Below, one piece after another: positions 17,287 to 26,676 of a stretch of 64,000 bases of DNA. Every line of letters starts with the position of its first letter. The stretch's first letter is position 1. The stretch is from positions 11,745-75,744 of the IMG/VR virus record IMGVR_UViG_3300032225_002400; one strand, given 5' to 3'. Source of the DNA: a virus (Duplodnaviria > Caudoviricetes). The notes under the pieces were generated by a model. The model saw only the letters and a program-made list of their open reading frames with translations. It was not told the origin of the DNA and searched no databases. A program made the translations under genes and the position numbers.

Positions 17287-19035
17287 ATGGCAAAGAAGAA
17301 TGTAGTCATCTTTGATGGGGAAGATAAATTTATCAACCCCAAAAAAGTAGTTTATAGTAAATCAAAAGGACAAGCAAAAAAAGTAGAGTCTTTCAAATCA
17401 ATGAGAGCTGCTAGTGAAGATGAGCAAAATCCTAGTGATGGAGGAGGTTCAGCAACTCAAGAACCTGTAACTCAAGTGGGCGTTCAAAATACTGTAGCTC
17501 CACCTGTTGCACCTATTGAAGTACCTTCACAAAATACTATTTCAAATATTCCTTTGCCTAATGTTACAGAAGTTATTAATGGAAGTGGTTCATCTATTCC
17601 TGCTCCTCAATTACCTGAATTTCCTACATTTCCACAACCTGAAGCACAAGTAACTCCTAGTCCTGTTCCTGCTTTACCTGTTTACGCAACAAGTGATATA
17701 AAGGCTACGCCAATATCTAATATTCAAACTAGTACTGTTACAAAAGAAACAGTAATGGCTCCTGTTCCTCAATTACCTTCGTTCTCTGCTTCTTCTCCTG
17801 TTTCAGGTTTAGGTTTAAGTTTTGGACAAAATGCGACAACAAAATCATGCCCTCCAGGTTTTAGAGATTATTTTGGAACATGTATTCCTATAACAAACAC
17901 TCAAGGTGCTTGTCAACAAGGTTATATGAAAGAATACGAAGGTGGTCCTTGTGTCCCAATTCCTGCTTCAGGTTCTATTGGTGGATGCGCGGCAGGTTAT
18001 GAATATAAATTAGGTTATAGAAGTGGTAGTTTAACTCCTGAAATGGGATGTTACCCTATTGGTTCTACTCAAGATATTAATACAGGAAGTAGCACTGGAA
18101 AAATTTTAGGTGGCGGTGCAGGAACAAATATCGGCGGCGGTGGAACTGTTCAAGGTGGTGGTGGTTCTTATGCAGATACTAGTGAAAAACAAGTTGGTAT
18201 TGGTCAAGGTGGACAAAGTACTGGTCTTACTTGTAATGAAAATCAAATATACGACCCTAAAACAGGAAGCTGTATGCCAAAATATACACCAGCTCCTGTA
18301 CCATGTCCTGCAGGTTTTACTGTAAATAAAGCTACAGGTACTTGTATAGAAAGTCTTAATCCTCAAGATTATAAATGCCCTCCTGTTGATTTACCGACTC
18401 CTCCTAAATGTAAAAAATATGCAGTAGTTGGTAAAGATACATTTGGTTGCGATAGATTTGAATTAGTAGATGATGCAGCTAATTGTCCTGATGTAATTCA
18501 AGAAAAACCTATTGAATGTAAAGATGGTTTAATATATAGTGAAGCGTTAAAAAAATGTGTTAATCCAATTGATGAAACTAAGAGACCTCCATTGACAACT
18601 CCTGAAGGAACTTGTCCTGTTGGTTATGATTGGAGTATTGCTGAACAAAAATGTATTTCAAAATGTGAGGCAGGTAAAACTTATGACCCTGTCAACATGA
18701 TGTGTGTAGAGCCTACTCCGTATACTCCAAAAACGCCTTATTGCTCTGCAAATCAAGTTTGGGATGAAGCACAACAAAAATGTGTATTCTCAGGAATAAT
18801 TACAAAACCTCCTGTTACTTCACAAACTACTACTACAACTACTAAAGCTCCTGAAAAAGATAGTTTAGGTATACTTCCTGTTGGAGGTGGTACAACTGGT
18901 GGAGGTGGTGGAGGTGGTGGAGGAGAAGATACTTCTGCAACAATAGCGAAAAAGAATTACTTTTGGTGGTATGTTGGAGGCGCTATTTTAGCAATTTATC
19001 TTTATAAAAACTATCATAAGAAGAAAAAAAAATAA
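17287..19035 (+). CDS. Pro-rich, Cys-repeat surface protein with C-terminal TM anchor
   Basis: At least 9 C-x2-[GN]-x7-10-C units; C-terminal YFWWYVGGAILAIYLYKNYHKKKKK. Confidence 0.75.
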   Translation: MAKKNVVIFDGEDKFINPKKVVYSKSKGQAKKVESFKSMRAASEDEQNPSDGGGSATQEPVTQVGVQNTVAPPVAPIEVPSQNTISNIPLPNVTEVINGSGSSIPAPQLPEFPTFPQPEAQVTPSPVPALPVYATSDIKATPISNIQTSTVTKETVMAPVPQLPSFSASSPVSGLGLSFGQNATTKSCPPGFRDYFGTCIPITNTQGACQQGYMKEYEGGPCVPIPASGSIGGCAAGYEYKLGYRSGSLTPEMGCYPIGSTQDINTGSSTGKILGGGAGTNIGGGGTVQGGGGSYADTSEKQVGIGQGGQSTGLTCNENQIYDPKTGSCMPKYTPAPVPCPAGFTVNKATGTCIESLNPQDYKCPPVDLPTPPKCKKYAVVGKDTFGCDRFELVDDAANCPDVIQEKPIECKDGLIYSEALKKCVNPIDETKRPPLTTPEGTCPVGYDWSIAEQKCISKCEAGKTYDPVNMMCVEPTPYTPKTPYCSANQVWDEAQQKCVFSGIITKPPVTSQTTTTTTKAPEKDSLGILPVGGGTTGGGGGGGGGEDTSATIAKKNYFWWYVGGAILAIYLYKNYHKKKKK

Positions 19036-19042
19036 TTAAATA

Positions 19043-19450
19043 ATGGAACAAAATATAACTTCTCAACTAACACCAGCTCCTATGGCGCCTCCCCCAGCGC
19101 CTAGTGGTGTTGCTCCTATAGCTCCTCTTCCAGTTGCAGCTCCTCCTATGGCTTCTGCACCTATGGAAGACGGTGGTGCTGTTGTTAAAAAATCAGGTGG
19201 AATAAAAGAATGGTTTAATGATATTAATATAGTTGATGTAGCTGTAAGTGCTGTTATAGTTGGTGCAATATTATACACAGTTCATTATTATAAATTTATG
19301 ATGATGTTAGAAAAATCAGGTTACGCTGATTTGAATACTAAAGTAGCTAAATTACAAAGTGCCATAGATGCTCAAAAAGCTGAAATGAACGCTGCAGGTA
19401 ATGGTAAGCTAGATAGACAACGCAGAAAACCTGTAATGAGATTAGCATAA
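19043..19450 (+). CDS. membrane protein with Pro/Ala-rich leader and MEDGG motif
   Basis: PA-rich N-terminus, MEDGG at 19163, TM VAVSAVIVGAILYTVHYY, coiled coil. Confidence 0.65.
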   Translation: MEQNITSQLTPAPMAPPPAPSGVAPIAPLPVAAPPMASAPMEDGGAVVKKSGGIKEWFNDINIVDVAVSAVIVGAILYTVHYYKFMMMLEKSGYADLNTKVAKLQSAIDAQKAEMNAAGNGKLDRQRRKPVMRLA

Positions 19451-19462
19451 AATATATCCTTT

Positions 19463-19948
19463 ATGAAACAAAATAATAAATATATAATTCTAGGTCTTTT
19501 AGCAATTGGTGGCTATTTATTGTATAGAAAATATATGAAAAATAGTTCAACACAACCTGATTCTAATGTAAATTTTTTGGGTTTAAATATCCCTCCCATT
19601 CTAAATGATTGGAAAGATAATTTTGATAATAAAAGATTAGATGAAATAACCAATAATTATACACCTGACGGTATTTTAGTGTCTACTTTTGGAGATATTC
19701 TAAAAGGTAGAAAAAATATTAAAGACTATTTCAAAGGTTTATTTGAAAAAGATAAATTAAGTGTTGATTATTTAGGTACTCCTGATGTGAAAGACTTGAA
19801 AGATGTTAAAGTATATACAGGTTTATACCAATTTAATTATTTAGAAAATGGTAAAATGAATCATGTTAAATCAAGATATTCATTCATTTCTAAAGAGATT
19901 GATGGTAAAACTTATATATTGAAACAACATTCTAGTGTTGCTAATTAA
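19463..19948 (+). CDS. TM-anchored NTF2/SnoaL-like (DUF4440/SgcJ-type) domain protein
   Basis: W.DNF...LDEI..NYTPDGILV.TF..ILKGR..IKDYF..LF; terminal HSS. Confidence 0.65.
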   Translation: MKQNNKYIILGLLAIGGYLLYRKYMKNSSTQPDSNVNFLGLNIPPILNDWKDNFDNKRLDEITNNYTPDGILVSTFGDILKGRKNIKDYFKGLFEKDKLSVDYLGTPDVKDLKDVKVYTGLYQFNYLENGKMNHVKSRYSFISKEIDGKTYILKQHSSVAN

Positions 19949-19970
19949 AAGTTAAAAAAAACCATAAAAT

Positions 19971-20618
19971 ATGTTAGATTCAATATCTTGGGGAAACCCT
20001 TTGCAAAAGCATTTGCCTTACATTGAAAAAGATAATCTTACTTTTCTTGAAAAGTATTATCCTCAATTAATCAAGTATAGTTTCCCAAAAAACACTTCAA
20101 AAGCTACAAGAGAAGAATTAAATCAACTTGTAGATAATATTGAAGTAGCTAAAGCAAACCCAGAGCATTTAAAAAGATATAAAGCTTATGATAACTCTCT
20201 TGTTAAAATATTTGGAGATGTTATTATTGATAATAATTTAGGAGAAAAAGGAGCTGATTTAGTAGATAAATTATTTGATGATACAGTCCCTTTAATATTA
20301 AAACTTAAATTTTTTTTTCAAAGACCAAGACCGTATCAATTAGCTTATGCTTATAAATTAAAACTTTTCCCATTTTCATCTCCATCTGCAGATTCTCCGT
20401 CTTATCCTGCAGGACATACTTTGCAGTCTGCATTGATTTGCTATGTGTTAGGTAATCATTTTCCTGAAAAATTTGATTATTTCCAAAATTTAGCTAAAGA
20501 TATAGAGTATAGTAGATTGTTTTTAGGTTTACATTACCAATCAGACAATGATTTTGCTCTTTACATATTTGATTTAATCATTAGAGATAAGGAATTTAAG
20601 GCTAAATATGGTTTATAA
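19971..20618 (+). CDS. PAP2-superfamily phosphatase / haloperoxidase-like
   Basis: K.FFQRPRP, SYPAGH, SRLFLGLHYQSD (C1-C2-C3 motifs). Confidence 0.85.
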   Translation: MLDSISWGNPLQKHLPYIEKDNLTFLEKYYPQLIKYSFPKNTSKATREELNQLVDNIEVAKANPEHLKRYKAYDNSLVKIFGDVIIDNNLGEKGADLVDKLFDDTVPLILKLKFFFQRPRPYQLAYAYKLKLFPFSSPSADSPSYPAGHTLQSALICYVLGNHFPEKFDYFQNLAKDIEYSRLFLGLHYQSDNDFALYIFDLIIRDKEFKAKYGL

Positions 20619-21025
20619 TGGAATTATCAGCTTCAGGCGCTTCAGTTCAACGACAGACATATAAAGGTTGGGTAACAATATCTGAGAAGAGATATTATTT
20701 AAAAAGTAAATGGGAATATAGATACGCTATGTATTTAGATTTAATGAAAAGGAATAATCATATTATAGATTGGGAGTATGAACCTAAAACTTTTTATTTT
20801 GAAGGTATTAAAAGAGGAACTACAAACTATAAACCTGATTTTAAAGTCATATTTCCATCGCAAAATGAAGAGTGGTATGAAGTTAAAGGCTTTATGGATT
20901 CTAAATCTGCTACTAAAATAAAAAGAATGGCAAAATATTTTCCAAACATAAAACTTAATGTAATAGATAAAACTTGGTTTAATAATAATTCAAAAGTATT
21001 AAAAAAGATTATTAAAAATTGGTAA
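20618..21025 (+). CDS. PD-(D/E)xK endonuclease (DUF1064-like)
   Basis: KSKWEYRYA, WEYEPKTF, YKPDF, YEVKG. Confidence 0.8.
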   Translation: MELSASGASVQRQTYKGWVTISEKRYYLKSKWEYRYAMYLDLMKRNNHIIDWEYEPKTFYFEGIKRGTTNYKPDFKVIFPSQNEEWYEVKGFMDSKSATKIKRMAKYFPNIKLNVIDKTWFNNNSKVLKKIIKNW

Positions 21026-21069
21026 TAAATTGTAATTTTAAATATATTTACTATGTTTAAAATATAATA

Positions 21070-21486
21070 ATGAGACAAAATGAAAATGTTGATTTACTTC
21101 AAAAAGTTTTAGATAGTGTATCTAGAAGAGGTTATAAAAAAACTTTAGATTTATTATCTTTTAAAATAGAAGATAATGTTGTATTAAGAAAAACTAAAGA
21201 TAAGTTAATAATAGCAGAAGTAATAAAAGCATTCAATATTAGTAAAGATGATTTATTTTTAAGCAGATATGAAAGAGGAGAATTAAAATATGCTATTGGA
21301 TTTTGTGTATATTATTTATATAAGTATAAAACTTTAGGTGAAATTTATAAAACTATATTTAAAAATAAAAATAAAGCTCAATTATCAAAATATAGACAAT
21401 TAATAGTAGAACTTAACCCAAAAATTGAACAAGATAAAAAATATATTACGTTATTAGAAAGTTTAAACGAAATAATAGAAAAATAA
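21070..21486 (+). CDS. DnaA domain IV-like HTH DNA-binding protein
   Basis: IIAEVIKAFNISKDDLFLSRYER..YYL..TLGEI resembles DnaA C-terminal domain. Confidence 0.5.
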   Translation: MRQNENVDLLQKVLDSVSRRGYKKTLDLLSFKIEDNVVLRKTKDKLIIAEVIKAFNISKDDLFLSRYERGELKYAIGFCVYYLYKYKTLGEIYKTIFKNKNKAQLSKYRQLIVELNPKIEQDKKYITLLESLNEIIEK

Positions 21487-21497
21487 AAATAAAATAA

Positions 21498-22655
21498 ATG
21501 AGTACAGAACAAAAAATAACCAATGAAGAAGTAAAACCTACTCCAACTAGTGCTAATTACAATCCTTTCATGCAACAAGTTAGTGAGAAGCCATATTCTA
21601 CTATGAATGTTGGAGTAACACAAGACCAATTAAAAGGAGCAATTCCAGAACCAGTATTTACTCCATTTACAATTGATTCTAACGAGAATCCATATAATAT
21701 GTTAGGTGGAGAAGGACAACCAAGTAGTAATTTAGGTTCAAAAAATAATTCAGCATCTTTTAATCCAATGATGAATGATATTAATGATGGAGATAAAAAG
21801 CTAGGTGCACAACACATGGCTAAATTATTGGTAGATGGTTATGAACAATTACATGTTTTTGGTAATAAAGCTTTACAAGTACCAGAAAGAAAGATTAGAA
21901 AAATGGAACAAGAAGGTCTTATTGACTTATCAATTCCAATTCCGTATGAATATGGTAAAACAATTACTGCTGGAGAGTTTTTACAAGATTTTAATGAGCA
22001 AAATAAAGATGCTTTAACAGTATCAAAAGAATTTAAAAAAGAAGTTACTCCTGTATTAACTAGAGTGTTAGAAAAAAGAGGAGCAGGTTTAACCGATGAA
22101 CAATATTTAGGTTTTTTAGTTGGTAAAGATTTAATTGTAAAATTAGTAATAGTAGCACAATTACGTTCTACTATGAATGATATGATTAATGTAATTAAAG
22201 ACTATACAGAAGCCACAAAAGCTGGAAATGGTGTAACTCCACAACCACAACAAAAAACAACTACACAACAACCAGTAACTCCAACACCTACAACATCTGA
22301 ATATCAATATCAAGAACCTAATCATTCAGCTTCTGATTTTAATTTCCAAGATAATGAAGTTGTAATGAATAGCACTGTTCAACAAATGCAAGTACCTAGC
22401 ACAGGTAAAGCAAGAGTTATTGCACAAATTCAAAAAGAAAAGAAATGGAAAAATGATTCTGATAAATCAGTTGAAAATTCATCTTACGAACAAGCAATGA
22501 AAGAAAGAAAAAATGGAAATAAAAGAGGAAGAAAACCAAAAGATTATATTCAAAATGTAAAAATAGATGAACAAGAAATTGCAGAATCAATTATATTAAA
22601 TGAATCTATTAATCAACCTAAAAAGGAAAAAGACCCTTATTCAGATTTAGATTAA
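21498..22655 (+). CDS. hypothetical protein (packaging/assembly accessory candidate)
   Basis: 385-aa ORF with helical core and low-complexity ends, two genes upstream of the ATPase. Confidence 0.5.
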   Translation: MSTEQKITNEEVKPTPTSANYNPFMQQVSEKPYSTMNVGVTQDQLKGAIPEPVFTPFTIDSNENPYNMLGGEGQPSSNLGSKNNSASFNPMMNDINDGDKKLGAQHMAKLLVDGYEQLHVFGNKALQVPERKIRKMEQEGLIDLSIPIPYEYGKTITAGEFLQDFNEQNKDALTVSKEFKKEVTPVLTRVLEKRGAGLTDEQYLGFLVGKDLIVKLVIVAQLRSTMNDMINVIKDYTEATKAGNGVTPQPQQKTTTQQPVTPTPTTSEYQYQEPNHSASDFNFQDNEVVMNSTVQQMQVPSTGKARVIAQIQKEKKWKNDSDKSVENSSYEQAMKERKNGNKRGRKPKDYIQNVKIDEQEIAESIILNESINQPKKEKDPYSDLD

Positions 22656-22656
22656 T

Positions 22657-22944
22657 ATGAAAGTTAAAAACTTACATTGGATAGAGTTTAAAAAAACAAT
22701 CATATCTTGTATTAAAATATTTGAAAAAGAATCACTTAAGTTTGAATTTCCAATTTATGATGAAGAAGATTTTACAATTCTTGTAGAAGATTGTGAGGTA
22801 TTTCCTATATTTACAAAAAAAGAAGATTTTTTAAAAGTAGAATATGATTTTACATTTTGTGAAACTTTAATTAGAACATTAAGCTTTTCAAAATATAAAG
22901 ATGCAATAAGAATAGAAGTAACTTTGAAAGATAAAAGCGTTTAG
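22657..22944 (+). CDS. hypothetical protein
   Basis: 95-aa ORF tightly packed between neighbours. Confidence 0.55.
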   Translation: MKVKNLHWIEFKKTIISCIKIFEKESLKFEFPIYDEEDFTILVEDCEVFPIFTKKEDFLKVEYDFTFCETLIRTLSFSKYKDAIRIEVTLKDKSV

Positions 22945-22945
22945 T

Positions 22946-23767
22946 ATGTCAAGAGAACCTATGTTGATGGCAGCGTGTGGAAAAAAAGGAGTTGGAAAAT
23001 CGTATCAACACATGATTTTAATGAACCAATATGTTCAAGGAGATTATTATAATGGTGTCAGAGGTAGAAAGTGTTTGATTATGGATGTCAATGATGAATA
23101 TGGTGTAGGTACTTATTATGTACAAGCTTTATCATTGAAAGATGTTCCATTATTTACAGTGCATCCACATATAGAAATAAGAAGAATTAGACCTTTTCAT
23201 CCAAATGGAACTAGAATGACGTTAGATGAATGGGCTCAAGCTTTATTTTATGTGTTAAGTAGATTTAGAAATGGTTTATTATTAATAGAAGATGTCAATA
23301 AATTTATTGGCGACCATTTACCAAATGATTTAGTAGGCTCAATTGCAACTAATAGACATATAGGTTTAGATATTATTCTATCATATCAATCTTTAGGTAG
23401 AATTAATACAAAAATATGGGGTAATTTAAACCAATTAAGGTTTCATAAAAATAATGAAAGTGTAGAAAGACATTCTTTAAAATTTCCTGATAAAGCAGAA
23501 TTTATGAGAATTGCAGAAATTATGGTTAATAATGAATACGCTAGAGGTAATAATAGATACTTTGTTTATGTAGATATGGATGAATCTAAAATTAGAGGTA
23601 ATATTAGTGATGAATTAAGAGATGAAGCTTTAAATGAATATATTAATGAAAACTACAATAATATATTAAAACCTTATTTAGTTCAAAGAAATGGAAGCAA
23701 AAAAAAGCATACTGTAGAAACTGCTATAAAAGAAGTAAAAACTAAATTAATTTCAGCTTACTTTTAG
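22946..23767 (+). CDS. A32/P9-like (FtsK-HerA superfamily) genome packaging ATPase
   Basis: Walker A GKKGVGKS, Walker B LLLIED, then TNRHIGLDIILSYQSLGRI (Arg-finger RH plus conserved Gln); 273 aa with no terminase nuclease domain. Confidence 0.85.
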   Translation: MSREPMLMAACGKKGVGKSYQHMILMNQYVQGDYYNGVRGRKCLIMDVNDEYGVGTYYVQALSLKDVPLFTVHPHIEIRRIRPFHPNGTRMTLDEWAQALFYVLSRFRNGLLLIEDVNKFIGDHLPNDLVGSIATNRHIGLDIILSYQSLGRINTKIWGNLNQLRFHKNNESVERHSLKFPDKAEFMRIAEIMVNNEYARGNNRYFVYVDMDESKIRGNISDELRDEALNEYINENYNNILKPYLVQRNGSKKKHTVETAIKEVKTKLISAYF

Positions 23768-23806
23768 TGTATTTTATTTATTATAATTAATTGAATTGCA
23801 ATATAT

Positions 23807-23853
23807 TATATTTGCAATGTTAAATCTTTTCAGTATTTTTAAATATATATTTG
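23807..23853 (+). promoter_or_regulatory. two Bacteroidota-type -7 promoter boxes upstream of capsid operon
   Basis: TATATTTGCA at 23807-23816 and TATATTTG at 23846-23853 in the intergenic region. Confidence 0.6.
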
Positions 23854-23976
23854 TTATTTAACTAAAAATAGTAATTTATTTTAATTAATAAATTTTGATT
23901 ACTTAATTTTAAACTGTCAATGCTGAATCTGTATTCACAATGGCAATTATTCATAAAACAATTAAATAGTATTAAA

Positions 23977-24084
23977 ATGAATTTCAAAGCAATCGCAGGA
24001 CAATTACTAATTGTTGCAGGTGGTGTTGCTCTTTACATGTTGGCTATAAAGCCTATGTTAGACAAAGCCAATGTAACTAAGTAA
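23977..24084 (+). CDS. 35-aa single-TM protein directly upstream of capsid gene
   Basis: Manual translation MNFKAIAGQLLIVAGGVALYMLAIKPMLDKANVTK*; C-ending codons (TTC, ATC, TAC, GCC) as in the capsid gene. Confidence 0.75.
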   Translation: MNFKAIAGQLLIVAGGVALYMLAIKPMLDKANVTK

Positions 24085-24141
24085 TTATAGAAGTAAACGA
24101 ATTGAAAATTAAATTAATTCAAAAATCAAAATTCATTAAAA

Positions 24142-24843
24142 ATGAGTAGTATTCAACGCTATTTACAAATGGCAAACCGTCAAGTAAACGAATCGTTTAT
24201 TGGCGTAGATGGTTTCGTAGACGATGACATGTATTTTGCAGCTGGAGATAATTTCTTCGGTGCAGACGGAACAGAAGCAGCTCCTGCTGCTGCAGCTCCT
24301 GCAGTTATGCGTTCTCAACCTTACATCTTAACAGTATCTAATGCTTCTAACGCGGCAGTTACTATTGATGTATTTGGAGCTTATATCTATTTGAACAACG
24401 CAGGTTTTTCAGGTGGAAGCTTAACAGTAAGCAACGTAACAATCACTTCAGGATTGTCTAACGTAACTTATTACAACTTATTGAACCAATCATCTGTATC
24501 TCCATTCACAATTGGAAGTACTTTGATTTCTTCAGTAAATGGTACAACTAGCCAAGTGTTACAACCTTTAACACTTAGTACTTTAGATGCAAATGGTAAC
24601 CAAGCAACTAAAATCTTAACTCCAGTTATTGACCCGTATCAACAACAAAGTGGTGTTATTGAATTGAAACAACCATTCAGAATTGATGGTTTTACTAAGT
24701 TAACTTTCAGCATTTATGCTTCAAGTTCAGTTCAATTCCAATTCTACCCTTCTGATACTATCAACATCGCAAGAGGTTTAGGTGGTAACGCTGTATCTAA
24801 ACAATATGGTAGTCCAAAGATTATCAGACCAGCTTCTCGTTAA
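24142..24843 (+). CDS. putative single-jelly-roll major capsid protein
   Basis: About 175-aa beta-strand-rich core after an acidic/Ala-rich N-arm; biased codon use (AAC, TTC, ATC, CGT); promoter boxes upstream and terminator downstream; follows packaging ATPase. Confidence 0.65.
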   Translation: MSSIQRYLQMANRQVNESFIGVDGFVDDDMYFAAGDNFFGADGTEAAPAAAAPAVMRSQPYILTVSNASNAAVTIDVFGAYIYLNNAGFSGGSLTVSNVTITSGLSNVTYYNLLNQSSVSPFTIGSTLISSVNGTTSQVLQPLTLSTLDANGNQATKILTPVIDPYQQQSGVIELKQPFRIDGFTKLTFSIYASSSVQFQFYPSDTINIARGLGGNAVSKQYGSPKIIRPASR

Positions 24844-24866
24844 TTCAAGAAGATTTGGGAAAATAT

Positions 24867-24912
24867 AAAAAGAGGGTGTGAGTGTGATTTTATCTTACTC
24901 CGCCCTTTTTTT
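24867..24912 (+). terminator. intrinsic terminator after capsid gene
   Basis: GGGTGTGAGT...ACTCCGCCC imperfect stem followed by 7 T. Confidence 0.7.
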
Positions 24913-24930
24913 CATTAAAATTTACAAATT

Positions 24931-25350
24931 ATGTCATTACCTAGAGTAAATATATTTAATTACACGGCAGCAGCAAATCCTTATTTTGTTAAAAGTTTAG
25001 CTCATAAATATGGTTATGAGTTTGATAAAGACCAAAAATTAGATACTGTATTGCAACAATTAGTAACTTATGAAGGTGAACCTATAATGATGGAAATAAT
25101 TGAGAATAATCCTGATAAAGATTTATTTATGGATTATTTTGAGAAAAAATATGGCAAAAAAGAAGAAAAGAATAATTCAAATGAATTAGGTGGCGCAAGA
25201 TTACTTGATACTTATATGAATTTCACAGGACAATTACAAGCTGCACAACAAACTGCTGAAAATAAAATGATAACAAAAGAAACAAGTGTTATGGTTTTAC
25301 TTGGTGCAGTACTTATTTCATTCGCAATAATGTTTAAAAATAACAAATAA
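24931..25350 (+). CDS. virion membrane protein, C-terminal TM, NFTG motif
   Basis: C-terminal VMVLLGAVLISFAIMFKNNK; YMNFTG at 25219. Confidence 0.65.
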   Translation: MSLPRVNIFNYTAAANPYFVKSLAHKYGYEFDKDQKLDTVLQQLVTYEGEPIMMEIIENNPDKDLFMDYFEKKYGKKEEKNNSNELGGARLLDTYMNFTGQLQAAQQTAENKMITKETSVMVLLGAVLISFAIMFKNNK

Positions 25351-25351
25351 T

Positions 25352-26011
25352 ATGGCACTTTCAGCAATAGAAACTGTAAAAGAATTAATTTCATACTCAG
25401 TTGTAACAGATAAAAATGGTTTAGTTAAGTTATTAGAAAGAAATGGTATTCAATTACCAAATAATCCTTCTGATAATGAAGTAACTGTTGCTGTTTTAAT
25501 GGCAAATAACAGAAGTGGTGTTTTCAGAAATGAATTAAAAAAATATTTAGGAGCATTAGTTCCAGAAGTATCTAATTACACAGTACAATTAAGTGGAGGT
25601 ATGAATTTCACTGGTACAGATGATTTTTCTTTTACTGCAGGAGATGAATTTTATAATTTAACTGCAGGTCAAGCAAAAAGAGTTACTGATACTAATCCTT
25701 CCGGGAAATCAAAAGTGGGAATAGCATTAGCTAGTATAGGTACATTTTTTAAAGATAATGTACTTACAAAAGACAATATTAATTCAGGTATACAAATTGG
25801 ATTAACTAGTTTAGCTAATAAGACTAATGCACAACAAAATGCTGTTACTGCTCAGTCTTTACAACTACAAAATTATCAAGATACTTTAAGACAACAACTT
25901 CCTAACGCTTCAAAAAAATCTAATACTATGTTATATGTATGGATTAGTGTTGGTGTTTTAGCTGTTGGTGTTTTAGGTTTTGTTTTATATAAATCATATA
26001 AAAAGAAATAA
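25352..26011 (+). CDS. virion membrane protein, C-terminal TM, NFTG motif
   Basis: MNFTGTDDFSFTAGDEF; C-terminal LYVWISVGVLAVGVLGFVLYKSYKKK. Confidence 0.65.
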   Translation: MALSAIETVKELISYSVVTDKNGLVKLLERNGIQLPNNPSDNEVTVAVLMANNRSGVFRNELKKYLGALVPEVSNYTVQLSGGMNFTGTDDFSFTAGDEFYNLTAGQAKRVTDTNPSGKSKVGIALASIGTFFKDNVLTKDNINSGIQIGLTSLANKTNAQQNAVTAQSLQLQNYQDTLRQQLPNASKKSNTMLYVWISVGVLAVGVLGFVLYKSYKKK

Positions 26012-26012
26012 T

Positions 26013-26132
26013 ATGTTAAAAGGTAAAAATTTATTGTTGTTATTAGCAATTGCAGGCGTATCTTATTATTATTTAGTATGGCAAAAAAGCGCTAAAGATA
26101 AAGAAAATGATGCTGCAAAAGCTAAAAAATAA
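26013..26132 (+). CDS. 39-aa single-TM protein (MLKGKNL family)
   Basis: Manual translation MLKGKNLLLLLAIAGVSYYYLVWQKSAKDKENDAAKAKK*. Confidence 0.75.
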   Translation: MLKGKNLLLLLAIAGVSYYYLVWQKSAKDKENDAAKAKK

Positions 26133-26136
26133 AAAA

Positions 26137-26328
26137 ATGATTAATAGTAAAAAAATATTATTAATTGGAGGTGTTTTGGTAATAGCGTATCTTTTATTAA
26201 AAAAGAAAAAAAATACTATTGTTAGTGAAAATGGAAAAGAAAAGATTTCGCAGTTTGACCCTATAAATGTTAAACCAATGCCATGGATAGGTGTTCCAAA
26301 TTCACTTACTGAAATTAAGATAAATTAA
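26137..26328 (+). CDS. N-terminal TM small protein
   Basis: Start reassigned to ATG 26137 (MINSKKILLIGGVLVIAYLLLKKKK). Confidence 0.65.
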   Translation: MINSKKILLIGGVLVIAYLLLKKKKNTIVSENGKEKISQFDPINVKPMPWIGVPNSLTEIKIN

Positions 26329-26329
26329 A

Positions 26330-26464
26330 ATGACTAAAGAGAATAAACAATTATTATTAATAGGTGGATTTATATTTGTTTTATATACACTTTATAAGAT
26401 ATATGAAAAGAAATATCAATCAGTTCCTGATTCAGTAGTAATTCCAACAGAATTTGAAAATTAA
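26330..26464 (+). CDS. 44-aa single-TM protein
   Basis: Manual translation MTKENKQLLLIGGFIFVLYTLYKIYEKKYQSVPDSVVIPTEFEN*. Confidence 0.7.
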   Translation: MTKENKQLLLIGGFIFVLYTLYKIYEKKYQSVPDSVVIPTEFEN

Positions 26465-26491
26465 ATTAAATAACAAACAAAAACTACAATT

Positions 26492-26653
26492 ATGTTAAAA
26501 GGTAAAAATTTATGGATTTTATTAGGTGTAGGTGCTGTAGCATACTATTATTTTATGATGAAAAAGAAAAAAGATGCTGCTTCTGCTGCTTCTACAACTC
26601 CTGCTGTTAAAAACTTTACAGGAGACCATGGTATTTTAGCAAAACAAAATTAA
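26492..26653 (+). CDS. 53-aa single-TM protein (MLKGKNL family, NFTG motif)
   Basis: Manual translation MLKGKNLWILLGVGAVAYYYFMMKKKKDAASAASTTPAVKNFTGDHGILAKQN*. Confidence 0.75.
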   Translation: MLKGKNLWILLGVGAVAYYYFMMKKKKDAASAASTTPAVKNFTGDHGILAKQN

Positions 26654-26676
26654 TTAGAAATTAAAAAAGTAAAAAA

